From assembly GCA_963727625.1 (NCBI GenBank), contig CAVSHR010000012.1, positions 576,001-640,000 on the forward strand: a stretch of 64,000 nt of DNA, read 5' to 3'. This stretch comes from an uncultured delta proteobacterium. Its GTDB lineage: Bacteria > Desulfobacterota > Binatia > UBA9968. The notes below the pieces were generated by a model, which saw nothing but the letters and a program-made list of their open reading frames with translations, was not told where the DNA came from and did not search any database. Each line of letters begins with the position of its first letter. The first letter of the stretch is position 1. The translations under genes and the position numbers were made by a program. Positions 48,912 through 58,965 of the stretch are shown piece after piece.

Positions 48912-49859
48912 TTAAATCCCAATCACCATCGTTGTTCCGACGCTATTAGGCACAAACGCTTCGGCGAACTCCCGGGCGATCAGGTGCGTCGCCTTCCACC
49001 CCGTGCAATGCTGCGGCACGATGACGCTCGGGTTGAATTCCTTCAATGCTAAAATCGTCGGCTGCACGATCGGCTCGAAAATCGGCCCGGTGAGATGGAA
49101 TCCGCCGATGACCGCGTGAATTTGATCGACGCCCGTTATCTCGCGGGCGCATTTCAACGTATTGATAACCCCTGCGTGGCCGCACCCGGTCAAGACCACC
49201 AGGCCTTTGTCCTTGACGTTGATGACGATCGCCTGATCGTCGTGAATCCACGGATCGGGTTGCCATCGGCCATCGATCAACGCGACCTGACGCGGGCTGC
49301 CTTTTTCGAACGGCGTCGTGCGCGGGATTTGCCCGGTGACCAGCGCCCGATCGCCGATCAGCATGGTCGGCCCGCGCTCCTCGATGATCTCGACGTCTTC
49401 CGCTTCCAGGTCTTTTTTGCTCGGCGGAATATGCTCAGACTCGTGGCCATCCGGCTGAATATTCTTTCTCTTTAGATAGGCGTCGGGATGGAGCACGATC
49501 GGTATCCGCGGCCGGCCGTAGCGTTTGATGAATCCCATCAAGCCGCGCGTGTGGTCGGTGTGGCCGTGGCTCAAAACCACCGCGTGCAGCTCGTTCCCCC
49601 TGATTTCGAGGACATCCATGTTGTGAAGCACGCCGTCGACGGTCACGCCGGTGTCGAACAAAAACGAATCCTTGTTGCCGCCCTGGTGAGTCGTCACCAG
49701 CATCGAGACGCCGTGCTCGGCGCGCAGCTGCGGCTTGCTATGGGCATCGCGCCCACGCTTAAACCGTTTGGCGACCGGCGTGCTGCCCATCAGGACGTCG
49801 ATGGAGTTATCCATCACGCTGAGAATTTCAACTTTATCGACCGGCTTAAGCTCGATCAT
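48912..49859 (-). CDS. MBL fold metallo-hydrolase (COG1237-like)
   Basis: AEHG, LFDTG, SHGHTDH, TGCGHAG, GGFHL and HCTG motifs. Confidence 0.9.
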   Translation of the reverse strand: MIELKPVDKVEILSVMDNSIDVLMGSTPVAKRFKRGRDAHSKPQLRAEHGVSMLVTTHQGGNKDSFLFDTGVTVDGVLHNMDVLEIRGNELHAVVLSHGHTDHTRGLMGFIKRYGRPRIPIVLHPDAYLKRKNIQPDGHESEHIPPSKKDLEAEDVEIIEERGPTMLIGDRALVTGQIPRTTPFEKGSPRQVALIDGRWQPDPWIHDDQAIVINVKDKGLVVLTGCGHAGVINTLKCAREITGVDQIHAVIGGFHLTGPIFEPIVQPTILALKEFNPSVIVPQHCTGWKATHLIAREFAEAFVPNSVGTTMVIGI

Positions 49860-50128
49860 GATCGTTCTCTTGCTTTACTCTACTTCGGTTTTGGCCCGAC
49901 CGTTTTCCATACGTAGAGGAAGCCCCCTTACTAAGGGGGCGAATCGCTAGAGGGAGGTCGCGCGCGATCCCCTAATTTCTTTCCTTGCACGGAAACAACG
50001 ATTGCACAGAGAGCTCCTTCTCAACGAAAAAATCCCGCCTCAAGGCCGAGCCTCATGGGTTCGCAGCGCCGAGGTTTGTGGCTTAGCTGTTGGAGTGAAC
50101 CGGCGAGTGAATTGTTTGCGTCGCTCGT

Positions 50129-50956
50129 CTAGTCGTTGGCGTGCCGGGCAAACTCCGCCGAATCCTCGTTGGTGATCTGCAGGCGGAAACCGCTCGGTTC
50201 TTTGAAATAGGTTCCCAGCTGCCCGGGCCGGCGCCCCTCGCGCTCGCCATGCTCGTCGCGCTCTTCGATGCCCGCGGCGTGGAGCTTCTCGACGATGGCG
50301 TGGAAGTTATCGTCGGTCACGGAAAATGCGAAGTGGCGCCCGCGGTAGGTTGTCTTGGTCACTTCGCTCAACTCGCTTGCTTGATTGAGAATCACAACCT
50401 GCCCGGAGGGCACGGCCAGCGCCGCCATGTTGTTTTTCTGTTCTTGCACGGTGGCGCTCAAGAACCGTTTGTAGAACTCGATGCTGGCGTTTAAGTCGGT
50501 GGTGTCGAAGTGGAGATGATGCAGGCGCGTCTTGGCGATCCCCTCGGCCTTGGTCATCTCGAAAAAATTGCCTTCGCTGTCCTGAAAAATTAGGCCGTCG
50601 TTCCAGCAACAGCCCAGGCTGCTTTCGTTTTTAATCTCTTTGACAAACGGGCTCGCGCGCCGGATCTTCTCGGCCATCTGCTCGTATTCGTTTGCCGGCA
50701 CCTGAAAAGAGTGGCGCGGAAAAGAGTTCGCGCTCTCCCGCTTGGGCAGGGTCGTTTTCCCTTGGGAAAACAGCCCTACGTGGTTTTCGCCGAGCTTCAT
50801 GAAGATGCGCGTCATGTTCGGCGAGTTTTCCGTCTTGAGCGTTCTCGCGCCGAGCACCTCCGTGTAGAATTTCTCCGCTCGGTCCGGGTCCATCACCGCG
50901 ACGACGAAATGATCCAAATGGCGCACGCCTCCGTTTGCTTTTGCTTCAACGCCCAT
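50129..50956 (-). CDS. Two-domain VOC/glyoxalase family protein
   Basis: LDHFVV..FYTEVLG, DSEGNFFE, LHHLHF and HFAF motifs; AGGAG RBS before MGVEA. Confidence 0.85.
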   Translation of the reverse strand: MGVEAKANGGVRHLDHFVVAVMDPDRAEKFYTEVLGARTLKTENSPNMTRIFMKLGENHVGLFSQGKTTLPKRESANSFPRHSFQVPANEYEQMAEKIRRASPFVKEIKNESSLGCCWNDGLIFQDSEGNFFEMTKAEGIAKTRLHHLHFDTTDLNASIEFYKRFLSATVQEQKNNMAALAVPSGQVVILNQASELSEVTKTTYRGRHFAFSVTDDNFHAIVEKLHAAGIEERDEHGEREGRRPGQLGTYFKEPSGFRLQITNEDSAEFARHAND

Positions 50957-51015
50957 AACGTCTTCTCCTTTCTTGAGTAAGCCTTTTATCATCATTTTAT
51001 TAATGGCGACGACCC

Positions 51016-52092
51016 TCAGGCCGCCGCCCCGGGAAACACGACCATTCGCTCCTTGGGCAAGTGAATGACCACGCTACCCGCGAGCTTTTCACAATCGGGC
51101 AACGCTTTGGCGACCAGGATTTTGTTGTTGATCTTCACTTCGGCAACCACTTGATCGCCCAAAAAATTCGAGCTGACGATGCTGCCATCGAGGCTATTCT
51201 CCATGCCGGACGCGCCGCCGTCCAACCTTACGTCCTCCGGCCGGATTCCCACGACCACGCTTCCGTCATAACGCCGCCCCACGGCGGTTACAAGCCTGCC
51301 GATTTCGCTCTCGACAATCCCGCCCGCAAGCATCTTGCCGCTAACCCAATTGATCGAACCGAAGAATTCTGCGACCAGCGCGCTTGCCGGCGTCCGGTAA
51401 AGCTCGAAGGGATTGCCGATCTGCAAGATTTGTCCCCGCGACATGACGGCGATCCGGTCGGCCAGCACCATGGCCTCGACCTGATCATGGGTCACGTACA
51501 AGACGGTGCTGCCCAACTGGGTCGCCAGTTTTTTAATATTCGCGCGCACTTCTTCGCGCAGCCGGGCGTCCAAATTGCTCAGCGGCTCGTCCATCAGCAA
51601 CAACGCCGGATTGACCGCCAGCGCCCGGGCGAGCGCGACCCGTTGTTGCTGACCGCCGCTTAGCAGGCGCGCCGGCCGATCCTGGAAGTCGTCCAACTGG
51701 ACCAGCGCAAGGCTGTGACGAATTCGTTCCGCCGCGGCGCTTTTTCCGAGTCGCAAACGCCCGTGGGTCAAAACCAAACCGATATTTTCCGCCACCGTCA
51801 GGTGCGGCCAGATCGCATAGGATTGAAACACCATGCCGACCTGGCGCCGCTCGGGCGGCACGAAGACGCGCTTGACGCCGGAATAAACAGTCTTATGGTC
51901 AAGCACAATTTCTCCGCCGTCGGGTTTTTCCAAACCAGCCACACTGCGCAGCAAGGTCGTTTTACCGGAACCGCTAGGCCCCAGAAGCACGAAAAATTCG
52001 CCCCTGTCGACCTTTAAATCGATGGCGCGCAGCGCCGCCACAACCTGGTCGCCGCTTTGAAAGTTCTTGCTCAAGCCGGCGATCGAAATCAC
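51016..52092 (-). CDS. ABC transporter ATP-binding protein (Fe3+/polyamine type)
   Basis: GPSGSGKT, LSGGQQQR and DEPLSNLD motifs; the GTG start overlaps the permease TGA. Confidence 0.92.
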   Translation of the reverse strand: MISIAGLSKNFQSGDQVVAALRAIDLKVDRGEFFVLLGPSGSGKTTLLRSVAGLEKPDGGEIVLDHKTVYSGVKRVFVPPERRQVGMVFQSYAIWPHLTVAENIGLVLTHGRLRLGKSAAAERIRHSLALVQLDDFQDRPARLLSGGQQQRVALARALAVNPALLLMDEPLSNLDARLREEVRANIKKLATQLGSTVLYVTHDQVEAMVLADRIAVMSRGQILQIGNPFELYRTPASALVAEFFGSINWVSGKMLAGGIVESEIGRLVTAVGRRYDGSVVVGIRPEDVRLDGGASGMENSLDGSIVSSNFLGDQVVAEVKINNKILVAKALPDCEKLAGSVVIHLPKERMVVFPGAAA

Positions 52093-53789
52093 AGCGCCTC
52101 CGTAAAGCGGCTGCGCCGGCCGAAAATAAAATAGAGCAGCAGCGCCGGCAACATGAAGGCGAGCACGACCAGATTGGCGGCGGCGGCTTGATTGAGGCTG
52201 CCGCCAAGCCAGAGCCCCCACACGATCATCGGCAGGGTGACGTTTTCCCGGCTGGTGACCAGCACCGACGCCATGGTCAACTCGCGATAGGACAGCAGCG
52301 CCATCCATAACCAGGCGTAAACCACCGCCGGCTTCAAGAGCGGCAGCAAAATTTTGCGAATCACCTGGATGAGCGGCAAACCGCCGACGAATGCCGCTTC
52401 TTCCAGCTCCGGGTGAATCTGCGCTAAAGAATTGTTGAAAATCCGGGTCGCGAAGCTGATACGGCTAATCGTGTAAACTAGAATGAGAATCGTCAAGCTG
52501 CCGTAAAGGGACAGTATATTGTGCAGCAGAAACAGCGAGGCGAACAGCGCGGCGATGGCAAGAATCAAGTGCGGCACGGCGTGGGGCAGAAACGCCACCG
52601 CGTCGAAACTCAGCCGCCACCTGAGCCCCGACCGCAGCACCGTCCAGGAAATCGCCAGGCAAAAAATCACCGCCAAGGTCGGCACCACGATCATGAGAAT
52701 CACGGTGTTGCGCGCGCCGTGCAATAACAGCTCCCAAGGCAAGCCGTAAAAATTGCCGAGGGACACCTGCTTCAACGCGGCCCATGACGGCGGCTGGAAA
52801 TAGCGCAGCAGCGACGCCCACACCAGGAGCAGGAGGGGCAGCAACTTGGCCATGGCGAAGTAAGCGCCGAGAAACGCCCAGGCGACACACCATCCCCTCC
52901 GACCCAACTCGACCAATCGCGGCCGGTAACCTTTGCCGGTCACAACGGCGTAGCGATGGGAAAACCGCAGCACGTGAAAGTAGCTCCAGCTCAACAGCAG
53001 CGCCAGCACAACCAGCAGGCTGCTCACCGCGCCGGCGACGCCGTAGTTCGGCAACTCCTCGAGCGGCTGGATTTTGTAAAAGATGTAGGTCGAGAAGGTA
53101 AAAATCTTATTCGACATGCCGATGATCGCCGGCACTTCAAAGGCCGATAAGGCAATCGTGAAAACATAGATCGAGGCCGCGAGTATGCCGGGAACCGTGA
53201 GCGGCAGGGTCACATAGACGAGCGTTCGAAAGATTCCCAGGCCATGCACCCGAGCCGCTTCTTCCAGTGCGGGGTCCATGGTGCGGTAGGTGGCGACCAC
53301 CATGATAAATGCGATGGAAGACAACCCCAGCCCTTCGACCCAACCCATGCCGACGACCGAGGCGATACTGAACGGCGCTTGCTGAAGGTTGAGAAGATCG
53401 ACGACAAACTTGTTTACGATGCCGATACGCGGATGCAGCAAAAACACCCAGCCCATGGCGGTGAAAAACGTCGGCAGCAGAGCGCCGAGCGTCACCAGCA
53501 TATAAATGAGATTTTTCCCCGGCAGATCCGTCCGCTCGACCAACCAGGCCGTCGGCACGGAGAACAAAAGCGAAACCAGCACGGCGGTCGCGCTAAAACC
53601 AACGGTGTTGAGAAAAGTTTTATAGGTGAACGTGTCGGTGAAAATATTCCGATAGTGATCTAGCGTGTAAACGATCGGCTCACCCGGCCCGTTTTGCCAA
53701 AAGCCCATCCAGAGCACGAGCAACAGGAGACCGAGCACGGGGAGCAAGGCTGCCGCGGATATCCCGACGACTAACCAACGGCCCTTCAC
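52089..53789 (-). CDS. ABC transporter permease (duplicated EAA, FbpB-like)
   Basis: Two LEEAA loops; multi-TM. Confidence 0.9.
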   Translation of the reverse strand: MKGRWLVVGISAAALLPVLGLLLLVLWMGFWQNGPGEPIVYTLDHYRNIFTDTFTYKTFLNTVGFSATAVLVSLLFSVPTAWLVERTDLPGKNLIYMLVTLGALLPTFFTAMGWVFLLHPRIGIVNKFVVDLLNLQQAPFSIASVVGMGWVEGLGLSSIAFIMVVATYRTMDPALEEAARVHGLGIFRTLVYVTLPLTVPGILAASIYVFTIALSAFEVPAIIGMSNKIFTFSTYIFYKIQPLEELPNYGVAGAVSSLLVVLALLLSWSYFHVLRFSHRYAVVTGKGYRPRLVELGRRGWCVAWAFLGAYFAMAKLLPLLLLVWASLLRYFQPPSWAALKQVSLGNFYGLPWELLLHGARNTVILMIVVPTLAVIFCLAISWTVLRSGLRWRLSFDAVAFLPHAVPHLILAIAALFASLFLLHNILSLYGSLTILILVYTISRISFATRIFNNSLAQIHPELEEAAFVGGLPLIQVIRKILLPLLKPAVVYAWLWMALLSYRELTMASVLVTSRENVTLPMIVWGLWLGGSLNQAAAANLVVLAFMLPALLLYFIFGRRSRFTEAL

Positions 53790-53791
53790 AA

Positions 53792-54847
53792 CTATTTTCC
53801 CGCTAAAATACCCTGAAACTTCTTTCGCACGCGACTTTGATTCTTCCGATTCTTCACCACCTCGGAAACCGGATTGTCAAAGAACTTCACGCCTTGCTTC
53901 TCCTGCTCCTTGACGAATTTGAACATATGGGTGCCCTCGACCAGATGCGAACCGGTCTTCTCGGTCTTCCAAAGAATATCTTGTCCCTCTTTGGTCAACA
54001 GAAACGCCGAGAGAAGAGCCGCTGCGTTGGGATGAGCGGAATTGCTCGGCACGGCGAGATACCAGTAGGATAAAATGCCCGCATCTTTGAAAATCCTGCC
54101 GCTCACCGGCGCGCCCTTTTCATGCATATCGTTGGCGTCCGCCAGATCGCAATTGAACGCCAACATGGCAAACTCGCCGTTGGCTACCCGCTCCTCCTCG
54201 CCGCAGCGAATCAGGCCGGCAACCTGCTTCGCGTACTTTTGCAGAAAGGCGGTGGTCTTTTCTTCGCCCCAGATCAGCGCCAGGCGATCGAAGGAAGCCG
54301 CATAGGGCGTCGAAGCGAGTTTTCCCTTCCACTTGGGATTGAGCAAATCCTCCACTTTTTGCGGCACGTCGTTAGGGGAAACCATGTTGGTGTTGTAAGT
54401 AAAGCCAGGCGTGCGCGAAACAACGATCAGAACCCGCCCGTCCCAGTCCACCATCGGTTTAGTGATATGCGGAAAATTTTTCGTCCAGTCGAACTGTTTC
54501 AACGACATGCGCACCACGTGGTTTTCCGATCCGATAAAAAGATCGCTGGTCGCCGGCTGTCCCGCTTTTCCTTCTTGAATGATCCGGCTCGCCATCTGCG
54601 GCATGGACGGTCCGGGGCTGTACTTGAACTGCACGTTGAGGCCATAGGTTTTGTTGAACCCCTTCTCCATCGCCTGCACGCCGTCGATGCCGCCCATCGT
54701 GCCCGTGCCCCAGCTGAGCACGAGCTGGCCCTCTTTCTTGGCGCCTTCGACGAGCTGCGCTCTGGACTGAGCACTGGCGACGGCCGGAACAACGATCAGC
54801 CCGGTTAACAAGTAAATGTTGAGCCAAAAACATTTCACTAGCTTCAT
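53792..54847 (-). CDS. ABC extracellular solute-binding protein (Fe3+/thiamine/polyamine family)
   Basis: GAKKEGQL, YNT and DLLNPKWKGK motifs, HPNAA; signal peptide from MKLVK. Confidence 0.88.
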   Translation of the reverse strand: MKLVKCFWLNIYLLTGLIVVPAVASAQSRAQLVEGAKKEGQLVLSWGTGTMGGIDGVQAMEKGFNKTYGLNVQFKYSPGPSMPQMASRIIQEGKAGQPATSDLFIGSENHVVRMSLKQFDWTKNFPHITKPMVDWDGRVLIVVSRTPGFTYNTNMVSPNDVPQKVEDLLNPKWKGKLASTPYAASFDRLALIWGEEKTTAFLQKYAKQVAGLIRCGEEERVANGEFAMLAFNCDLADANDMHEKGAPVSGRIFKDAGILSYWYLAVPSNSAHPNAAALLSAFLLTKEGQDILWKTEKTGSHLVEGTHMFKFVKEQEKQGVKFFDNPVSEVVKNRKNQSRVRKKFQGILAGK

Positions 54848-54860
54848 GACTTCACCCCCA

Positions 54861-54938
54861 AACTTTGAACCTTGAACCCTTGAACTTTCGAGCGTACGAA
54901 CGCGACTTGAACCATTTGAACGCCTTGACTGCTTGAAC
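54861..54938. repeat. TTGAAC array
   Basis: About 7 degenerate TTGAAC units between the OCD-like and SBP genes. Confidence 0.75.
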
Positions 54939-54942
54939 AAAC

Positions 54943-55905
54943 CTAGAGTTCCATCCGCTTACCCAGCCCGCGCCGCACCGCCTCCTCGTATAGCCATGCT
55001 GCAAAGGATACGTCGCCGTAACCGCCCTGCGATTCGCGAAAAATATTGATTTCGTCGCGGCTCGCACGGCCGGAAATTTGGCCGGTTACCAATTCGCCCA
55101 ATTCTGGAATCCGGCTCCAGGAGAGTTTTCCTTCCGCCGTCAGCTCGACTAACGGCAACGCAGCGGAGCGATCATTGTAATTGCGCTCCTGCTCCTGGCT
55201 GCCGACGACGATGCGACCGGCTTTTAAATGCAAACCTCGGCTCAACTCCGTCGGCTTGCCCATGCTGCTCACGTGAGTTCCGGGATCCACCCATTCCTCG
55301 GGAAAAATCGGCGCAAGGGAATTGGTCGCGGTGAGAATGACATCCATGCCGCGCACAGCCGCTTCCGGTTTATCCACCCCCTCTACCTTGATACCGAGCA
55401 GCTTTTCACCTTCCGCGCAAAACGTTTTGCGCCGCTGCGGATCGCGGCTCGAAACAAATATTTCTTTGATCGGCCGCACGGAAAGCAGCCCTTTGAGAAT
55501 GCCGAAGGCGTTGCGCCCCACGCCGAACAGGCCCAGCCGCCGGGCATCCTCCCGCGCCATGTGTTTGGCGGCGATCGCGACCACGGCGGCGGTTCTCAAA
55601 GTTCCAAAAGGGAAACCCATGAAGGCGAGCAGCTCGCCGCTGTCGGCGTCAAAAAGCAGCGCGTACATTTTATTGCCGCCGCCCAGGCCGCTGTTCGGAC
55701 CGAGCCGGACACCGACCCGCCGCGCGCCGAGCGAGGCGCCCGAGACCACCCGCAGGCCGCTGCGCTCGCCGACCGGAATATGATAGGGCGCGTGCGGCAC
55801 GATTTGACCGCCGGCCTGCTGCCGGTGCGCCTCTTCGATCAGCTCGATCGCTTGTTTGAGATCGAGCAGCGGCTTCAACTCATCGCGACTAAGAAGTAAT
55901 GGCAT
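54943..55905 (-). CDS. Ornithine cyclodeaminase/mu-crystallin family protein
   Basis: LFDADSGE, LRTAA, GLFGVGRNA, ATNS and GTHVSSMG motifs. Confidence 0.88.
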   Translation of the reverse strand: MPLLLSRDELKPLLDLKQAIELIEEAHRQQAGGQIVPHAPYHIPVGERSGLRVVSGASLGARRVGVRLGPNSGLGGGNKMYALLFDADSGELLAFMGFPFGTLRTAAVVAIAAKHMAREDARRLGLFGVGRNAFGILKGLLSVRPIKEIFVSSRDPQRRKTFCAEGEKLLGIKVEGVDKPEAAVRGMDVILTATNSLAPIFPEEWVDPGTHVSSMGKPTELSRGLHLKAGRIVVGSQEQERNYNDRSAALPLVELTAEGKLSWSRIPELGELVTGQISGRASRDEINIFRESQGGYGDVSFAAWLYEEAVRRGLGKRMEL

Positions 55906-55920
55906 GAACCTTTTTCCGAG

Positions 55921-55965
55921 CAACGATTAAAACGTCTTGAACGATTGGAACCATTGGAACGGCTT
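55921..55965. repeat. 9-nt-period TTG(G/A)AAC array
   Basis: TTAAAACGTC-TTGAACGA-TTGGAACCA-TTGGAACGG. Confidence 0.7.
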
Positions 55966-57183
55966 TTATTTACCGGCCACCGCCAACTCATGGGGCCGCT
56001 TGCCCAGCCGCCGCCCGCCGTTTTTCGTCACCACGACGGTGTCGCCCCACTGGCAAATAGTTTCGCCGTCGGCGGAAACCGCCGCGGGTTTGCAAATAAA
56101 AACCATGTTCTCGCGCATCGCCACCGCGAGTTGTTTGGGGCTCTTGGCGTGCGGCGTGATGATCGGCCCGTCGTCGCCTTGCCCGCGCCCGTGCAGGTTC
56201 AGGTCGCCCCGCGCGTCCGCCGCCGGACCGTTCTTCGGCGCCGCGCTTTGAGCCGTTCTCTTGGTCAGCTCGGCTAACTCGCCGACCGTAACACCCGGTT
56301 TGAGGCTTTCCAGCACACGATTGAAAATCTCTCGTTGGACTTTGATCAGCTCCGCCTGATTCGGATCGATCACTTCGACGTAGACCGGCTGCACCGCCTG
56401 CGCCCGGTAGCCGATCCAAGACGCTTCCAATTCATTGATGATCGAATCGCCGCGTTCGAGCAGACGCATGCTCGGCCGGGTCAGCGTGCGCTTGGGATTC
56501 TTGCCCGATACCCAGAAGCAATGAATCGGCAATTCCGAACCATTTCGCGTCATCGCGTAATGTACCGCGGCCCAAACCTCCCAGTCTTTGACGCCGACTT
56601 TTGCGGCTTGGATCTCCGCCTCAACGGCCAATTCGTTGATCTCCATCGACTTGGCGAGCGCGTTGATCTCTTCCTGGCTTTTGACATAGCGCACTTCGTC
56701 GAGAATCTCCGTCGCATCGACGAGCTCGGCATGCGGGAACGCCTCGCGAATCTGCTTCCAGGTACCGTAGAAAATCGTTCCCTCCGGCGTGCGCGTGCCC
56801 TCGACTTCGCCGAGGCCGGTGATGCCGATGCGGCCGCGCGCGACGTTCAACTCTTGGAGCCGCGCGACAATCGCGCGCCCGTAGTTGCGCCGCGCTTCGC
56901 GCACGTCGGTAACCCAGTCCTGCACCGTCGGCCAGCGCGGCGCCGCCGATGTCGCGATCGCCGTGACTTCGCCTTCCAGCGGAAACACCGCCGCAAGGTC
57001 GGGCTCGCCACCGCCGCAATGGGTCAGGTATCGGGTGTTGGCCTGATAGTCCGCCGAATGACCGCTGTTTTGCGGCGTGACGATGACGTCGAGGCTATGC
57101 TCACGCATAAGCGTGCGAACGGCCTTCCAGCGCCGGTCCCGCTCGGCAAGCGAAAAACGCGGATAGGGATAGAGCTCAGCCAT
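55966..57183 (-). CDS. M24 (pita-bread) fold protein, creatinase/Xaa-Pro peptidase-like
   Basis: FSLAERDRR N-domain, VKSQEEI, HGRG and GDTVVVT motifs. Confidence 0.85.
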   Translation of the reverse strand: MAELYPYPRFSLAERDRRWKAVRTLMREHSLDVIVTPQNSGHSADYQANTRYLTHCGGGEPDLAAVFPLEGEVTAIATSAAPRWPTVQDWVTDVREARRNYGRAIVARLQELNVARGRIGITGLGEVEGTRTPEGTIFYGTWKQIREAFPHAELVDATEILDEVRYVKSQEEINALAKSMEINELAVEAEIQAAKVGVKDWEVWAAVHYAMTRNGSELPIHCFWVSGKNPKRTLTRPSMRLLERGDSIINELEASWIGYRAQAVQPVYVEVIDPNQAELIKVQREIFNRVLESLKPGVTVGELAELTKRTAQSAAPKNGPAADARGDLNLHGRGQGDDGPIITPHAKSPKQLAVAMRENMVFICKPAAVSADGETICQWGDTVVVTKNGGRRLGKRPHELAVAGK

Positions 57184-57280
57184 GGTCAGTTACCAGACGG
57201 AGGTTTTCCTATCACCAAAAATTCTTTGAAGCTACCCAAAGCAATTAAAAAAGCTCGACATCGAACGGCTGGCAAGGAAA

Positions 57281-57392
57281 AGATTTCTCGCGACGCTCGA
57301 AATGACAATCCCTCGGAGCCCAGGGAGAAGACAATCAGATACGAAAACAGATCGTAATGCCAGCTTGTCATTTCGACCGGTGGAAGAACTCT
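57281..57392. repeat. REP/MITE-like inverted element
   Basis: TCGAAATGACAA (57297-308) and TTGTCATTTCGA (57365-376) form a perfect 12-bp inverted repeat; AGATTTCTCG precedes the left arm. Confidence 0.55.
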
Positions 57393-57606
57393 TACTTCGC
57401 CCTTTACGATCTTAGCTGTCAAACCTCACTTTACGATCAATTTTAATTCGCGCTTGGCCATCTCGGCGCGCACGATTTGATAGCGCCGGTCTTGCTCTTG
57501 GATGGAGAATTGCGGAATCATTATTTATTCCTCGTTCTTTTGATCTCGCGCACGCCCACGGCTCTGCTTTGGCCGCCGGGCCGTAACGAACGGCCGGCAA
57601 AACTCG

Positions 57607-58632
57607 CTAGGGGCGCAGCGCCAGCTCTTCGTCGATGATTTGAACGAAGCGTTCCAGCGGCTGGGCGCCGGGTAAAAACCGGCCGTTGATAAAAAACGCC
57701 GGTGTACCGCTGACCCCCGCCTGTTTTCCTTCGTCAAAATCTTGCTGCACCGCGGCGGCGTATTTGGCACTGGCGAGACAGCTCTCAAACGCCGCTAGAT
57801 TCAAATTTACGGCGGCGGCGTACTTGCGTAGATCGTCCGGATTGCCATGCGGCGCGTTGGCATAGAGGGCGTCGTGATAGGGCCAGAATTGACCTTGTTC
57901 GCCGGCGCAGCGGGCCGCTAAATGCTCCCGGCGCGCCTGCGGATGAAGTTCATCGATAGGGAAGTCTTTGTGTATCACCCTGATCCGGCCTCTATAGCGG
58001 AGCAGCAATTGCTCGAAGATATGTTGCGCGTCTTTGCAAAAGGGACATTGAAAATCCTCGAATTTGACAATGGTCACCGGCGCGTTCGGAGCACCCTTGA
58101 CCGGCGCGCCGTCGATATTGAGCTTGGTGCGATAGATCGGCGGCGCTTTGAGAAGAATCGTGATGTCGGCTTTGGCCCGTAGCCGGTCGAGAAACAGACT
58201 GCGTTGCGCAATCAGCTTCTGACCCTCCAGATGGCTGCGGATGCGCTCGCGCAATTTCGGACCGTCCGGCGGCAAGCGGTCTTTGTGAGCGCGGTAAAAC
58301 ACCGCGACTTCGTCGTCGCTCACCGGGGGTACTTTAGAAGTCACCTCGGAGGCGAGCAACTCGCCGACGCTGACGCCGCGCCGCGCCGCCTCCTTAGTCA
58401 TCAATCGGTCGGCGATCAGCGCGTCAAGCCGTTGTCGTTGCAATCGATAGATTTGCTCCCGCAAAAGGCCGATGCGGGCGCCGATCGGCGCCTCTACTTC
58501 TTCGAGCCCGATGGCTTCACCGTCGACCCTGGCAACCGGGGTAGAGGAATCGGCCGCCAACAGCGGCGCCGCCGCAACAATGCAAAGCAGCAACACCGGG
58601 CTCATGGCTCGGCGCAGATGAATAAGTCTCAT
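57607..58632 (-). CDS. DsbA/thioredoxin-fold protein with N-terminal SurA-like helical domain
   Basis: FEDFQCPFC, AARCAGEQGQFW and GTPAFFING motifs. Confidence 0.9.
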   Translation of the reverse strand: MRLIHLRRAMSPVLLLCIVAAAPLLAADSSTPVARVDGEAIGLEEVEAPIGARIGLLREQIYRLQRQRLDALIADRLMTKEAARRGVSVGELLASEVTSKVPPVSDDEVAVFYRAHKDRLPPDGPKLRERIRSHLEGQKLIAQRSLFLDRLRAKADITILLKAPPIYRTKLNIDGAPVKGAPNAPVTIVKFEDFQCPFCKDAQHIFEQLLLRYRGRIRVIHKDFPIDELHPQARREHLAARCAGEQGQFWPYHDALYANAPHGNPDDLRKYAAAVNLNLAAFESCLASAKYAAAVQQDFDEGKQAGVSGTPAFFINGRFLPGAQPLERFVQIIDEELALRP

Positions 58633-58901
58633 GCTTGACCTCCGAGGGCATCCAAGCTCTCCATGACCGCAACTCTACTACCCCGATCCGACCGAACGCA
58701 AAATTCGTTCGCGTCGCCAAAAACTGTTCAATATTCTACTTAACCCTCGCAGTGCGCCGTAAACCCGTCCGGACATTTGCCGGCATCATCGCCACGGCAT
58801 TGGGCCGTAACGGACCGCTTTGCTCCTAAAAGTTCGCGCAGATATCACCGACGACTAGGATACCATGAGCGATTTCACTTTGCTCAACGCCGGCATTCCC
58901 A

Positions 58902-58918
58902 AAGGAACAAAACTTGCT
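58902..58918 (+). promoter_or_regulatory. Possible sigma54 promoter
   Basis: AAGGAAC-AAAAC-TTGCT (GG-N10-GC) about 50 nt before ATG 58966. Confidence 0.3.
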
Positions 58919-58965
58919 TTTATCGGTCCGCAAATCGCGCCATTGGAGAGACGAACACTTTAGTC

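Noticed and set aside
49980-50125. Structured-looking intergenic sequence as a riboswitch
   Set aside because: It could not be matched to any riboswitch consensus by eye.
48865-55965. TTGAAC arrays as CRISPR repeats
   Set aside because: The period is 7-9 nt, there are no unique spacers and no cas genes.
56335-57357. 340-aa plus-strand ORF
   Set aside because: Antisense shadow of the M24 gene.
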